In this document: piece after piece, positions 48,896-64,000 of the stretch
Numbering within the stretch: the stretch's first letter is position 1
Layout of the letters: every line of letters begins with the position of its first letter
Assembly (NCBI GenBank): GCA_012295275.1
Contig: CM022670.1
Location: forward strand, 28,520,001-28,584,000
Origin: Chrysomallon squamiferum
Lineage: Eukaryota > Animalia > Mollusca
DNA length: 64,000 nt
Direction: 5' to 3'
Notes under the pieces: model-generated
The model's database searches: none
What the model was told of the DNA's origin: nothing
The model's input: only the letters and a program-made list of their open reading frames with translations
Position numbers and translations under genes: made by a program

Positions 48896-50042
48896 TATGT
48901 ACACAACGTGGCTCTGCTCACCTCAGATAACACCTAGAACAAAAATATATGTATAAATATACAAGTATAAATATATTTCAAACTAACTTATAAAAATGTA
49001 CATAAATTAAGGCACACACACATATATACAAACAAACGCACACATACAGAAACATATGTAATTTACATAACATAAATCAACGGTATCACAAAATTGTTAC
49101 AGAAAAGACCAAAGTGTGTGCTTTGATGTAGGACAGTCCATGTAAAACACCCTGTTCTGTTAACATAAAACATTACATCGTAATAAAGAAGGATAAAATA
49201 AAAGAAGTAGAAGATTAGAATGAAGAAGAAGAAGAAGAATGGGATAGGTAGAAATATATACATATATATACATATTCCAAAGTCTATCTACGTAACAAAA
49301 AGGTAAAACATACACAAATCCCGAAATTATATACGTTTTTATGTACGTTGTTGATTTAATTTCCCTAAAATATTAAAATCAAATGATCTAGAATCACCGC
49401 ATCTCAATAATAAAATCTAAATATTATGATTTTTATCATATTAAAAAAGAAAAGAGCTACTAAAAGACTAAAAAGCTGAATTAGATTTAATTCGATTACA
49501 TTCGATTTTATTTATAACAGCAGCGAAAATAAACCAACGACATAAATCCTGGTATCTGTAGTATCATACAGTTATCATTATGAATAACCTAACTGCCATG
49601 GGGAATGATTTATGCATTGACATGTCGTGTTTTTCTCTCTCTTCAACAAACAGTTACAATGTAACGTGACACTTTGAATGGTTTTCGCCTCGCCTTCTTT
49701 TTCTGCAGTAGGAACTGGGGATTGGACGCGTGGTTTTTGGCGATGTGGTCGTCTGCCAAATCAAACACGAGCGCTAAGCGGTGTTTGATTCCTAAAACTA
49801 CAGATGTACCGTTCGTTCAGGAAGTCTGGTATTAGCAGAACACCGAATTTGTTTTAACCTCAGTCTAAAACCATGAAGGGAAATAAGATATACAAAAGAA
49901 AAAAAGAAAAAAAATTGCTTTGTACCATGCAAAATTTAAAAAACAAAACAGAACAAAATAATTATATAGAAATATGGTAAAGGGAAGAATAGTGAAGCTC
50001 GGATTAAGAGAAATGATCGGGCTTGACTTTACACACACAGAG

Positions 50043-50081
<39 letters not shown>

Positions 50082-50786
50082 ATCTTATTGTCGATTATTA
50101 AATTATACATTTTAGATATTATCTTGCTAGTTTGTCTTATTTCAGTTTCAAAGATTTCAAAACAGAATTATAGCAAAATAAAACAAAAATCTACGTACAT
50201 TTCAAAATTTATAAAAAATGCTCTCTGATGTATGAAATAAAGAAACTAAATAACTAACAAACTAACTAACCAACCAACCACCTAGTTATATAAATAAATC
50301 AAATAAATCAAATAAATAAATAAAAATAAAAATATATAAATACATAAACAAACAAACAACAAAAATCGAAAACCATATATTAACAGGCTGTCAAAACTGT
50401 TGGAAATATCAGATGCTTTTCTCTTTGTTAATAAACAGTGAAACTATACAAAATTCAGATTATACACACAAATACAACCATTAAAACACATAACTAAAAT
50501 CTACAAACTTATGCAGCGATTACCTGAACAACTGCTGAGTAAAACAACACGATGGTTTACTATTGAAAATTAAACATCTGTCAATTTCAGCGATGTGTCT
50601 CTTTGCTTTTGTGTTTAGTCATGGTTTTTATCATTTAAAATGAATTACAGAATGCAGACAATAGTGTTACACCCAGAGCAGGCGAGCAGCTGTTCAAATA
50701 GTTTTACATTTGCTAATAGTAGCTGTAGACACAGAAGTACCTGCTCCAGTTCAAAATAATAAATAGGTGTTAGAATAGTGACATCA

Positions 50787-50788
50787 AA

Positions 50789-50819
<31 letters not shown>

Positions 50820-51008
50820 AATGAATGAAAGAAAAAAAAAATTACTTAAGTTGAACATGGAGATGGTTAATAATAATAATAGTAAAATAACAAAAACAGG
50901 GAGGAGAAAAACAAGAAGAACACCACTACCGACACCACCACCACCACCACCAACAGCAGCAACAACAACAACAACAACAACAACAACAACCATAACAATA
51001 ATAATAAT

Positions 51009-51042
<34 letters not shown>

Positions 51043-51160
51043 GTTTTGGTAATGGTATTATTGTTATTAGTAGCTGTAGTTGTAGTAATAGTAGTAGCAG
51101 CTGTAGTGCTTAGTATAACTGGTGTTACCGTGATGAAGACGACGAGGATGGTGATGACTG

Positions 51161-51221
<61 letters not shown>

Positions 51222-51321
51222 GTCTATCTATCTATCTATCAATCTATCAATCTATCTATCTACCTATCTATCAATCTATCCGTCTATCTATCTATCAATC
51301 TACCAATCAATCAATCAATCA

Positions 51322-51388
<67 letters not shown>

Positions 51389-51400
51389 GATCTATCTATA
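50787..51400. repeat. Compound (AAAT)n/(CCA)n/(CAA)n/(ATA)n/(TATC)n tract
   Basis: Direct reading; explains ORF 50821..51423. Confidence 0.95.
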
Positions 51401-52327
51401 TAAAGATGGTTACAATAAAGTAAATACTGTCATTTCTACGTAAAATGACAATTTTAGTAACAATAAAAATGATGAAATTATAAATGAAACTAAATAATTA
51501 TCACAAACCTTTTAATCAGAATCTCAGAAAAACTAACATTCCATGCTGGACAGATTTCTGTGAAACAGTGGCAAGTAACTCTGTGAAAGTCAACTCTTGC
51601 AATTAGTTTTACTCCGGTTACACGTTGTGGCAGATTAAAAGTAATTGATGGCAAAGCCGTGAATTCGTTCAGATTTACCGTATAATTTAGGTACGATGAT
51701 TGTTTAAGTTGTCACAAAATTCGCGAGCAAACGCGCTGGAAGGATAGGTACAAGCATGCAAAACTACACTCTCTGACAAAACCCTGACAGTCAGTAAATA
51801 CGTCTTCAAAGTTTAGCACATCTACTTGATATAATAACAACAGATTACATTTAGCGAGAATATATTAATGTTTATATGTTATTAAACACCCCTCTTCTTT
51901 TTAGCAATCCCAGCAGTACTGAGTACCACTTTAATTTGGAACACTCCGTACGAACTGCACCCATTAAAGTTTATGACCAAAACAAGAATTCGTATGTGTT
52001 GTTGTTGGTGGTGTTGTCGTATTCGCCAAAGTTTTGCCAGTTAAATCTATTTTATCTTTCTGAGACATTTAGTACCCCGATTTTATCTGGCGAATGAAAT
52101 AAAATGAAGAGTTTATTAAGTGATAGGAGATTATTATTAATCATAATGTCAGCCTTGATGTAAAACAGATAGTCGCGCGTGAAACAAACAAGTGGGTGAC
52201 GTATCCCTGTTAGACATTTAATACCTGTTACTGTCTGTTAAAACATTATTACACCCACGATTATACAGCGAGTGCTGTTTTGGGGTTAAGTAAGTGCCTC
52301 TCTGAAAGCCGTTAAACGTTCAGATAG

Positions 52328-52394
<67 letters not shown>

Positions 52395-55300
52395 TTTTTT
52401 CTCTTACCATTAGCAATCTAACGACTGACCATAATAATAGAAAAATAACAACATATATACACACACACACACAAATATATATATACGTACATACACACAT
52501 ATATACATAAATATACACATACATCATTTATACGTACATACATCCATACAAACATACATATATATTAAGAACATACATTCATATACGTCGATACTTATTA
52601 TAATCACATAGAAATACATTTATTTATGTGTCAGTATTCGGTTTTATATGATTATATGTTAAAAGTAGATATCGAAAAATACATGGACCTTTTTTCTGAC
52701 TACTGTGTTTTAAAGTAACACCATTCATCATAAAACTCGTATAAACGTTTGACTATTTGTGTTTACATGCTTTCTGGACTCCTTACTGTTTCTCTAACTG
52801 CTGTTTGCCATGCAGACACGATACTTGTAGGTGGAAACGAAGATCTATGAAGTCTAACTTTCGTTAACGTCAGGCTGTATGTAACAAGCAAGGCTCAGCC
52901 GGTGGTAAAACACAGATGTCTGTATCAAAGACACGTAGCTGCTGATGACGATTAACAGAAGCTGAACGTTGTCGACATGCCACATAGTGTCAAAGATCAA
53001 AGCGTGGACGGTCTAGGAATTCACTTCTTGTTGTAACTGAGAATAACATGATTAACTTAGTCAAGCTCTAATTACTGATGGAAACAAAATGCATCGTGTT
53101 CTGCAGACGAGTGTACTTAGCTTAATAAGACAAAATGCGTTTCTTATTCCACTCTAAGTTATCAAGGTTCGTACACTCGGGGTTATCAATGAAGTGTGCA
53201 AAGGAAGATTCAAAATTTCAGGAGTGGCGCCATTTTGGGGTGTTGCTATGGTCATAACTTGATAAAATTAATTTAATTATTAAAAACATGCACACAATAC
53301 AAGACCAAAAAAGAAGATGACGAAGAAGAAGAAGAAAAAGAAGGAAAAAGAGAGAAAGAGAGAGAGAAAGAAAGAAAGAAAAAAAATCTATAAAATATAA
53401 AAAAAACAACAAAAGGGTGAGTGTTGAGTGCAGCAGTCAGCCTGTAGTCTGTATGGACAAGATGAATGTATCGTGTTTTGCTCATTACCAAACCTTCCGA
53501 CAACATGTGTTTGTCGACAACACGTCCTATTTATAACGGTGGTCTGGTCTAAAAAAAAAAAAAAAACCCTCCCCCCAAAAAACCCCAATAAATAAAAAAA
53601 TAAAATAATAATAATAATATATATTTTTTTGACTTCTAAAGTCTAACAGTTAATGATAATTAGTGTCTTTAAATGGGAAGATGGTGATAAAGGTTTTTTT
53701 TACTATTAACAAGAGTTTAAAATAGAATGGAAGCGTCTAGTTCCTTTCTCAATTATCATTATTATATATAAACGATGTTTGGCATTTAAGTTAAAATGCA
53801 AAATAAACGTCATTCATTGCTTGAGCTATAATTTCCGATAAATATCATAAATTCATTGATAAGTATCTTTCCATAGACTTACTATGTCTTTTTCAGTTTT
53901 AAGGGTACTATGGACGCGATGGTTCATTTACTATAGCATAATATATCATTCTTTTTACACAGTAAAGTTACCATATTTTAAACTCGTCATAGGTTGAATA
54001 GGCCAAATATTAAATTCTAAAACTATACATTCCAGCGAAGACAGAAATACAAAAACGTTTATGCAAATAACACAAATAAACCGAATGAAAACCGAATACC
54101 TCTGCAAGATAATCGACATGAATTTCTCGCTTAGGTCAAATATTACAACTCTGTAGGTCAAATATTACAAACAGTGACGTGAAGAAAACATTCATTTAAT
54201 GTTATATTTTTGTTATCGCCTTAACTTGCAGTTTATATTTCAGTTAAACATACTTTTTATACATCTTGGCTGAAATTCAATATTCGTTTTTGCTTTATTC
54301 GAATCCTGCGTTATCTATCTAAACTGAAGGTATTTTTTTGTGGGGGGGAAATAAAAAACAATAAAAAAGGAATTGAAGAAAAAAGGAAAAATGAAGAAAA
54401 TGTAAATAAGTGAAAAAAATATAATGAAATAAAATTAATAAAAAAACATAAAGCAGTTAAATAAATGAAATATTTTAAGCTATTTTCTGTGTATCTATAT
54501 AATTATGTATGTGTCTATGTATATCTATGTGTATATATGTTTGTATATATGTGTTTGTGTGTGTGTGTGTAATTGTGTTATATGGAAATGCTTGTATATA
54601 ATTGTATTATACGAATTTGTATATAAGTATGCATGTGTATGTGTATATATATTATATCTATGCATGTACGAATGATATAGACACATACCATGCATGTATT
54701 TACATGTACTTGTAAATAATGTATAAATAAAAATATCTGTACATCGTCTAATTAATTATATGTATGTGCACCGAGCTGAAATAACTAACTTAAAAACCAC
54801 ACAACACACAGTACTTGAAAAACATATTTTCCTCTAACAGATCATTCTCCTTTTTATCCTGGACGAGCCAGAGCAGACTGGAACCAATACTCAGTTTAAT
54901 ACAGCAAACTGAAAAATTATATCACAGTCATTCACATTAATTGTCTTTATTTAGATGTTTGCTGGTGATACGTTTAATAGTTACGAACATCACACACAGC
55001 TTCAATACAAACCCTTGGGAGATGCAGATTAAATATTAAAATAATTTGCTATCGATACGAATGAGGTTTGACACAGCTCCAAGCAAGATGTAATTGTATT
55101 AATATAAAGGTGTGTTTTAGCCTGTGGCTATATGTTTCGTATTGATGTAACGGTGTTGTTCTGATGCACTAGAGGCTATCTGTAAATATTGAATTTATAT
55201 ATTATATCAGTGTATGGCTGTGTGCATGTATTATGTATAGGCATATATGCGTTTATAGTAAGCATGTACATCCATAAATGTTTAAAATGTATACATCTAT

Positions 55301-56085
55301 AAAACAACGGTTGAGAAAATAAACAACATACTTTAAATTTAATAAGAAATCTGATGTGGCAAGTAAAATGAGAAGCTTAATATTATCATTACATTAGTGA
55401 AACGTGCATACAATAAAACCATTTTATAACATAAATAATGAAAAATTATACTAGGAAATCAAAAACACTGACGCAGTGAAAAAGAGCAATAATTTTAGAT
55501 CTAGGACGATCGGTTAACGTTTTATTTGATTTTAGTTTGTATGTTTTTCGTTTTTCTAAAATCGTACCTCTTCTCACTACGTATATATATATTTTTTTTT
55601 TATAATTTAGAAAATACATCTCAGTATTTTATATTTGTAGGCAAAAGAATAATGCTCTTTGCTACTGAATTCAGGCTGCAAAGACATCTTATTTGACACT
55701 GTACATTAACAGGCCAGTTTTTCATATGGAATTAACCACAACCATAGAGTATGTATAATGCGACTAATTTTGGCATATATGGTCACTAAATTCGTGACGA
55801 AGATAAAATAACGAACTTTCTATATAATCTTGAAATACAATACACATGCAGTCAAGTTGACGAATCAAAGTATAAACGAGGAATATATCTATATACAATA
55901 TTTAACATTTCTGGTCTAACAACACGAGAAATACAAAGGAAACAGAATGTCCATCTGCCTTCAGATACAAACAGATCCCTAGAGACAGACAAATCAACGA
56001 TTCGTGTATCATTAATGTAATTATTTCAATTGATTAATTAATTTGTCCCAGTTATTGTTTGTTTTTGCTTGAGCCAACTTTTTCC

Positions 56086-56158
<73 letters not shown>

Positions 56159-56310
56159 CAACAACAACAACAATAATATTAACAACGAAAGTAGCATCAC
56201 CACCACCATTACCACAGTAAAAATGAACGATAATAATAACAAAAAATGTTTAATTCTTTTCATTAATTTGTATTTGATGTTGAAAACAACAGCAAAATAA
56301 AAACTGTTGA

Positions 56311-56398
<88 letters not shown>
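56086..56398. repeat. (ATA)n(ACA)n and (CT)n microsatellites
   Basis: Direct reading. Confidence 0.95.
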
Positions 56399-56401
<3 letters not shown>

Positions 56402-56647
56402 GTTTATATGAAGTGATATATTCATGAACTGAAAATAAAATAAAAATAAAAAACTCGCCCCCCGAAAAGACTAAATTTAATTTAATAAAAAATTGTTGAA
56501 GATAAATTATCACTGCATTGCTGAAAATCGTAGTACATGTGTTAAGATAATTAAAATTAATTACGTATATAATACATATATACGTACAGATATATATTCA
56601 CAGACACATAACAAAAAGAAAATCAATGTGTACAGTTTGTAACTCAC

Positions 56648-57110
56648 AGTAACAGAACGTGAAGACACGACATCTCGTCTGTAGTAGTAGGAGGGGTTAC
56701 GATCAGTTTCTTTAACCAGTCGCTAACAATCTTTGTAATAATCCGGCTCCTCGCATCTCCTGATTTTCACTAACTTTTTTTCTTGTCCACCACTCTCATA
56801 TCTCTTTAAACATCAGCAACCATCTTTGCTCCGTGTTAAAATCCGTCGCGCGGATCGTATGAACAGTTATGCAACACCTGAACCGTTAATTACTTCTGAA
56901 ATCAGGTAAAGATAACCACCATCCATCAGATACATGAAAAACAGTAAATGGTGAGGTTTTTAGAGACCAAAGAAAAAGCAACACATGTAGAGTCCTGGTG
57001 AAATATCGATTCGATATGGAAATTCTGAGTAAAGCGCTACAAGCGATATCACCATCATGAGCAAAACAGTCCGCAGTTTAGCGTCTGCTTTTAACTCGTT
57101 TTATAGCCGG
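56648..57110 (-). promoter_or_regulatory. Possible non-coding first exon and promoter of the iGluR
   Basis: Donor t|gtgagt at 56647. CpG-richer non-repetitive island. TATAAAA on the - strand at 57105-57099. The coding exon at 48933 has an acceptor, so an upstream exon is expected. Confidence 0.4.
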
Positions 57111-57956
57111 TCTGAACACTCGCCATATCACCTGTCTGTGCGTGAGACTGTTTCAAATCATAATTAACCAATAATACAGAAATAAAGAAAACATGAAAAC
57201 TGAAAGTGCAGAAGTCCATACAAACAAATTATCGGTAAACGAAATCAACAGATCAGTTTTACTTTAGAACCAGTTTGAACACTTACCAAATAAATACAAT
57301 TTCTGTGTATTTCAAATTAAAATTAACTAATAATGAAGTAATAAAGGAAACCTGTGGATGTGAATTGCAGAAATCCGTACATGCAATGATAAAGATCAGT
57401 GAAAACAATCAACAGTTTAATGTTATTTCATGTCCGGTGTACAGGGAGTGTGAACATCCGCCAAACAAACTCCGACTGGATGTATTTCAAATTATACGTC
57501 TGTTATCACATATTTCATCAAAGACTACGATTTAGGTTTTCAGTGTTAGACTGGGCTGGGCCTATACGCGAAAACAAAAATATATGCAAACTGACTTTAA
57601 ATATGAAGGATTACGAAATGTTTAAATGTAGATTAATGGTTCCGAGTTATTGGGAAGGAGTCTGTTTTAAAATACAGATTTGCTGAATACAGTGATAAAA
57701 TAGATAAAATATTTATGCTATAAAAATAAATGAATAAACATCAAGTGAAAAAATAAAATAAATAAGAACAATAAAATAATAACATCACACGAACACGGTA
57801 TTAATTTTTGATGACATCTGGGAGGACTGCCACTTGGTAACGAATATTTATGTCTGTGTTGTATCGTGTTTATTGCACCACTGTTAATGTAATATTATTA
57901 ATGATAACACTTCCAAGGTTTTATTGTACACTTAGAAAATATTCAATTTAATTTAA

Positions 57957-58018
<62 letters not shown>

Positions 58019-58370
58019 TAAAAATGAAGAAGAATATATATTTAGTAATTATTCGTTAATTCTACCTGATTATTTTCTTTTCTTTGCCGGGGACGTGAAA
58101 CAGTTTTCAGATTCGTGAAACCTCAGTGGACCGATTTTGGGTTGTAAAACTGTCGGAAACAGTTGCTAAGTCGACTATCACCATAAACGATGAAATGGTT
58201 TCCGTGATTATAAAATTCCTATGTATTGTTATAGGGCAGTAATTGACGCTGACATTTCCTAGCAGTTGACTGCATAATTACATTTACAGTACAGACTTCA
58301 TAAACAGTCGAGACATTGTACGTTATACCAAGGTCAAGAGGGAGAGAGAGTCTCTCTCTAACACACTCAA

Positions 58371-58388
58371 ACACACACACACACACAC

Positions 58389-58472
<84 letters not shown>
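58371..58472. repeat. (CA)n(GA)n microsatellite
   Basis: Direct reading. Confidence 0.97.
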
Positions 58473-58475
<3 letters not shown>

Positions 58476-58837
58476 TATTCCATACTGTCGTCTATACCAG
58501 ATCATACAATGACACGACAACATCTGCAAAAGAATATTAAAACGATTGTTTTCCTCTACTTCATCCATATTTTTTCACTGGATTTTGAAACCCAGGCGCC
58601 TCTCAGTTGGCCATATTCTATAGCTCTTCTACTCAAAAATGTCAGAGATTCTATCTACGGGCGAGGTAAATAAACGTCCCAAACGAGAAAAAGAGACATA
58701 AATAGACAGAAAACAGAGAAAAAGAGAAAAAAAAAATGATAAAAAGTAAAAAAAAAAATGACATCAGAAGAAAAAGAAAAAAAAAGAAATACAAATAAAA
58801 AATAATGATGGTCTTGTCCTTTACATATATATATATC

Positions 58838-58841
<4 letters not shown>

Positions 58842-58880
<39 letters not shown>

Positions 58881-58885
58881 AACAT

Positions 58886-58981
<96 letters not shown>
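58842..58981. repeat. (CA)n and (GA)n microsatellite
   Basis: Direct reading. Confidence 0.97.
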
Positions 58982-58984
<3 letters not shown>

Positions 58985-59858
58985 GTGTACACCATGACAA
59001 AGATGTGCTAAAATTGAATGATGCAATACTGACTTTAAAAAAACAGATAAAACACATGTTCTTTATAAATGTAGAAGGTCTGATAGAACTTACATAAAAA
59101 ACACTCAATTACGAGTTGTAGTTTGTACTATATTTAGATCACTCGTTTTTTAAACCAGGCATTTGCTTTTAAAATTGTTTTAAAATATATTAATACGAAG
59201 GATAAGTCACAAAATTCTTTCACAGATATTTAAAACTATGTTTTAAAGAAATTAGTGATTATTGACTAAATATGTAAATAAATAAACAAATATAAAAAAC
59301 ATAGAAATAGAAATAAAAAGAAGAAAAGAAAAGAAAAGAAAAAGAAAAGAACGAAAGAAACAAAAACGAGCAATACACATTATAACAAACAACACGAACT
59401 ACATAAATATAAATAAATAATAATAAAACGAAATAAACAACAATGACTAATAAATACATGAATTAAAATATAATACAATATTAAAGAAATATTTAAAACA
59501 TAAAGAAATAAAATAAAATGGAAAAGCTATTCATCAATGTTTTTTAAAAACAAAAATCACAAAAGCAAAAAAATTAATAATAAATAATATCGAAAGTAAT
59601 CAATAAATAATAACCTACAAGTTTGCATTGTATCTTTTATACAAGGATTGACATAAATATTTATTAATTTTACACTTATTGCTCTGAGCAGTCCACACCA
59701 AATTATTATTTTTTTTTTTTACTAGTATCCAAGAGCCCAGTGCACGATAAAAGTGTATGACACAACAGTATTATGAGACCTGAATGACACATGCAATGTG
59801 TTTATAAAAAAAATATTTCTTAACAGAAAATTCACAAAGGATAACTGTTAACACAGAA

Positions 59859-59861
<3 letters not shown>

Positions 59862-59943
<82 letters not shown>
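59862..59943. repeat. (GA)n microsatellite
   Basis: Direct reading. Confidence 0.97.
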
Positions 59944-59945
<2 letters not shown>

Positions 59946-60490
59946 AAATAATAATCTATACCGTAACGTTTCATAACCTTTTCATAATACAAGGATCCCA
60001 TTATATAAATATCAGGAATGCGTAGAGAATTAGATCTATGAATAGTAAATAAAATGTTCTATTACAAATATTCAGTTATGTCTTTCATGGGTTTATCTAT
60101 GTAACTTCACCACACAAGTTTACATGTACTTGATAACCTGGATTTAGCTTAAATTCTACGCATCCACAGCAGGTTTGGAACAAGAAATTATTGTTACATG
60201 TGTTTGATATTAGCTGAAAAGTATCAGCTGAGGTGACGCAAGGGTAAATATATTTTCTCCAGTTAACACGCCAGCACAGAGAAACACTTTCTTGTAAATG
60301 AACTAATTTTAGCTGATACTCAGAGCATCATGTATCGTAACACCTTCACCAGGTGTTGTGAGATGAGGCGCGACAAACAGTCGACTCGAAGTGTATCTTC
60401 ATCATAGATACTGGTTTCAATGTCTGTTTTATTTCCCGTATGTTTCGTTTTAACTTTCTCGCTTTTCTCCAAGTGTCTCACACCAGTTTA

Positions 60491-60701
<211 letters not shown>

Positions 60702-61931
60702 TAGATTGATAAATAGACAGATAAATCTTTCCATCTGTCAGTTGTCTATCTATCTCTGTATCTATCTCTTTCTTTTTTCTTTTTTACTTGCTGTTCCTCG
60801 AATCAATGTACCGACTTGTAAACTAGAAATTCTAGGAATGTGTAATAACTTGTTTTTGTAAGTGTAAAAATGTACGTGAGTGAGGCATCAACCAAATCGA
60901 CACAGGTGTTTGGGTTGCTGAAAGGCAGAGATAATTCTGTTCAAAGTAATTTCGTAAATACCTTTTGCTTCGTTTTTGTTGTTATTGTTTGCAATTTTAA
61001 AATCAAATTTATATTTAAAAACTGCAAAACGTTATTCGCGATAACCGCATTACTAAATTCTTTTTTATTTCTGCTCATTGTAGTATATATTTTGAATACA
61101 GGAGCAAAAGCAAACTGACTTGTTGAAAGGGAAAAATATTATCCATAGAAAAACAACACTAACACAAACAGAAACAAGAATCCACTAAAAACACGTGTAT
61201 TTACATGTATTCAAACACAGTATGATTAGATAATAACCAAATGTACATCGCTATTAAATATATCATTAAACACAAATCTGTATTCTGTAAAGGTGTAAGT
61301 CCAATTTTGCACATAAATGTGAATAAAAAACAAATTTAAATGCTTTTGGTAAATTTTATCCTTTTGGTAAATATGTGTTATTGTCTTGTATTCTTGTTAA
61401 ATGCATAAACTATGTTAATATTGCACGCTTGTGGTTTGTGTCGTCAGTAAATACATAAACAAATCTATTCACATCAGTAAATAAACAGTAGCTACACACA
61501 GCCCTCCGTGGACTCCGTATTTTACAAAATAAATAAATAAATAAAACATCTATAACAGAAAATCGTTAACATTAAAATATAGTGAACTTTTACAAATGTA
61601 TTCATTCATTCACAGATTAGTAACAAATAATAACTCTGCTACTATTTTTAAAAGAACAATTAATCAAAATTCTAAAATGAACACCAAGCGACAACCAATA
61701 CCCAAGTCGAAAAACGCGTAAAATACAAGATCAGTGTTCGATAACTCTTGTAATCAATATAGCATTGTTTAACCAGTAGATAACATGCTTGGATAATTAT
61801 TGTATTTGAACATGAGCGTGTGTCTGTACATGCCTGCCTGTCTGTCTGTGTGTGTATATAATATACAAGCATGTGTTCTATCAGGGATATGAGATTCGAA
61901 CGAATCAGAATTGTGTCTGGACCATTGATTA

Positions 61932-61977
<46 letters not shown>

Positions 61978-63211
61978 AATAATAATAATAAAATAAAAAA
62001 TTAAATAAAAACTATAATAACTGTACCAACCTCTACATAGAATACAAATTATAACAGTAGTTGTTAGAGGCTGTTAGCATGTATCACAGAGAGGAAATCG
62101 CTTTCTAAATATTAAGCGATTTTCTGTTCCAACCAGTAGCACATTAACGTATGTCAAAGGCTATTCTATAGTTTACTCCACCGGTCGCAGGTTTCATTAG
62201 AAATATCAAATTGTGACATCCAGTAAACGATTACGTAATAATTAATCAACGCACGGGTGGTATTATATCGCGTTATGTAGATTTTAGAAACAATCACAAC
62301 CTTTCCTGCGGAATATCAAGGCTTTCTTGTTTGAAAACCTGAGCTGTGTACAATAATATAGATCCCTCATTTTTATTTACGCACAATTAAGCTGCATAGA
62401 ATTATCATTTATTTTCACGACAGTTCATCATTACAATCTAAAATATTATTTCCCACTGGTATTTTTACTAATTTCATTTCGACATTTTTACATTTTTCTT
62501 TGTTTAATATGCTGAACCAGAAATGAAGGCAAAAGAATAGCAATTGAAAACTATCTAAATTGCAATCTGACTAATCTTGTGTAAAAAGAAAAAGAAAAAG
62601 AAAAAAAACAACAACAACAAAAGAACCCCTATCATTATCATTACGCCAAATGTTAAGATTATTTCAAATATTTATCAGTAAAGTTACTCTTATTATCACT
62701 GATGATGTTTGCAGGTTTCCATTTTATGAACAAATGCTTTGATTCTAGTTTTTGTCATTGTCTGCGATGATGCCATTGGAGTAATGCGTTTCCCTCAAAC
62801 AATGGGTCACATTAATAATGTCTGATTTCAAAGGTAAATAAAAGTCTCGTCAAGATCAATATGTCATCAGATATCCAATAAACAGTTATTATCTATTACC
62901 TGTTTCACAAAGAGTATTTATATGTAAATAGCTGCTTCTGTACTGGAACGATTCTGAAACACTGTTTAGCTCGTGCGGATATTGGCATGCATATTAATTT
63001 TAAACGGAATTCAGTCGTAAGGTAAAGAAAGAGACATAATAAACATAAATGGATAGATAGAGAGATAAGGTGATCAACAGATAGATGATGGAGAGATAAA
63101 GACAGAAAAAAGAGAAAGAGATGAATAAAGAAAGATGGAGAAATGTAAAATGAAGAGAACAAATGCACAAGCCTTTTGCTAGTAGAGATGATGATGATGA
63201 TGATGATGATG

Positions 63212-63244
<33 letters not shown>

Positions 63245-64000
63245 GTAATAAACCTATTTACCAAATGCATACAAGCATTTTTTTAGTTCACTTTTCTTTT
63301 TTGTTAAATATTTTTATTTTTTTATTTTTAATTTCATTTTATTATTATTATTTATTTTTTCAGAATTCATCCATAACTTCCTCTTTACAGTAATATTCCG
63401 AAAGCCTCTAAGCTTTACAGAATGTATTTAAGCTATGTGACTACCTTTTTGTTCGGCACTTCCAAGTCCACTGAATATTGTTTTTATGGAATTCGATTAT
63501 AAAAGAAAAAGTAGAGAACAAGGACATTTGACGAAAGTATGTGATACTTCACTTAGATGGACCTATTGGTTTACAGCTGTATCCGGATCAAATATTGACT
63601 CAGGAACCAGGTAATATTGGTGGTACTCGGTCACAAAACTAAATGCATTACCTGGCTTACTCGATCCATTCCGCAAACAGAAAAGAACACTAAAAAATCG
63701 AAAGTTACTTTGTCGAGCAGGGCAGTCTCTGTGAGGGACACCACAGATTAATAGAAGACCTTCAGTAACTCACCAAAACGTATTTAGAAACGTTTATGTA
63801 TTAGCTGGCCATTGTTTTGGTCAGACAACTGAGCCTCCTGGATTACGAGCCAAAGAAGGACATTTTTGAACTCCAATACTTTTACGTAACGAACTGTTAA
63901 CTGACTGATCTGAAAACTCTTCTACGGATTCAGTTTCCATCCTTGATCGGGCCCTGATTCTAACATTAACTTTTACAGAAATACGAGAAAACAAAAAGTG

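Noticed and set aside
50821-51423. 200-aa ORF and similar poly-L, poly-I, RERE, SLSL, YLFI and HTHT ORFs across the window
   Set aside because: Translations of microsatellites, not coding.
61880-61925. GTTCGAATC (tRNA B-box) on the minus strand
   Set aside because: No cloverleaf can be folded; at best a decayed SINE head.

Overview
AT-rich, microsatellite-dense animal genomic DNA. A mollusc-like invertebrate origin is an inference from the protein sequences and repeat style. Two multi-exon genes can be rebuilt by hand with consistent GT-AG phases, and they face each other tail to tail. (1) ARMC3 on + (CDS 17129..31326, 21 core exons, about 879 aa, armadillo repeats plus a C-terminal EDR1-like domain) has RFX X-box-like sites upstream and two extra frame-preserving candidate exons in its linker. 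(2) A complete ionotropic glutamate receptor subunit on - (CDS 48895..37980, 12 exons, about 831 aa) has a non-NMDA (AMPA/kainate/delta-type) backbone but a GluN1/GluD-like ligand pocket and an unusual QGN pore loop. A probable promoter and first exon of a third gene on - lies near 2.9-3.2 kb and runs off the left edge. The most striking non-genic pattern is repeated tandem duplication of intron-exon junctions (acceptor plus exon start) at four places. These leave decoy acceptors with in-frame stops, a candidate 24-nt microexon, and a near-perfect poison copy of the acceptor of the receptor's pore-encoding exon. The rest is simple repeats, decayed minisatellites and old SINE/MITE-like fragments. 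Nearly all supplied ORFs outside the two genes are microsatellite artefacts.
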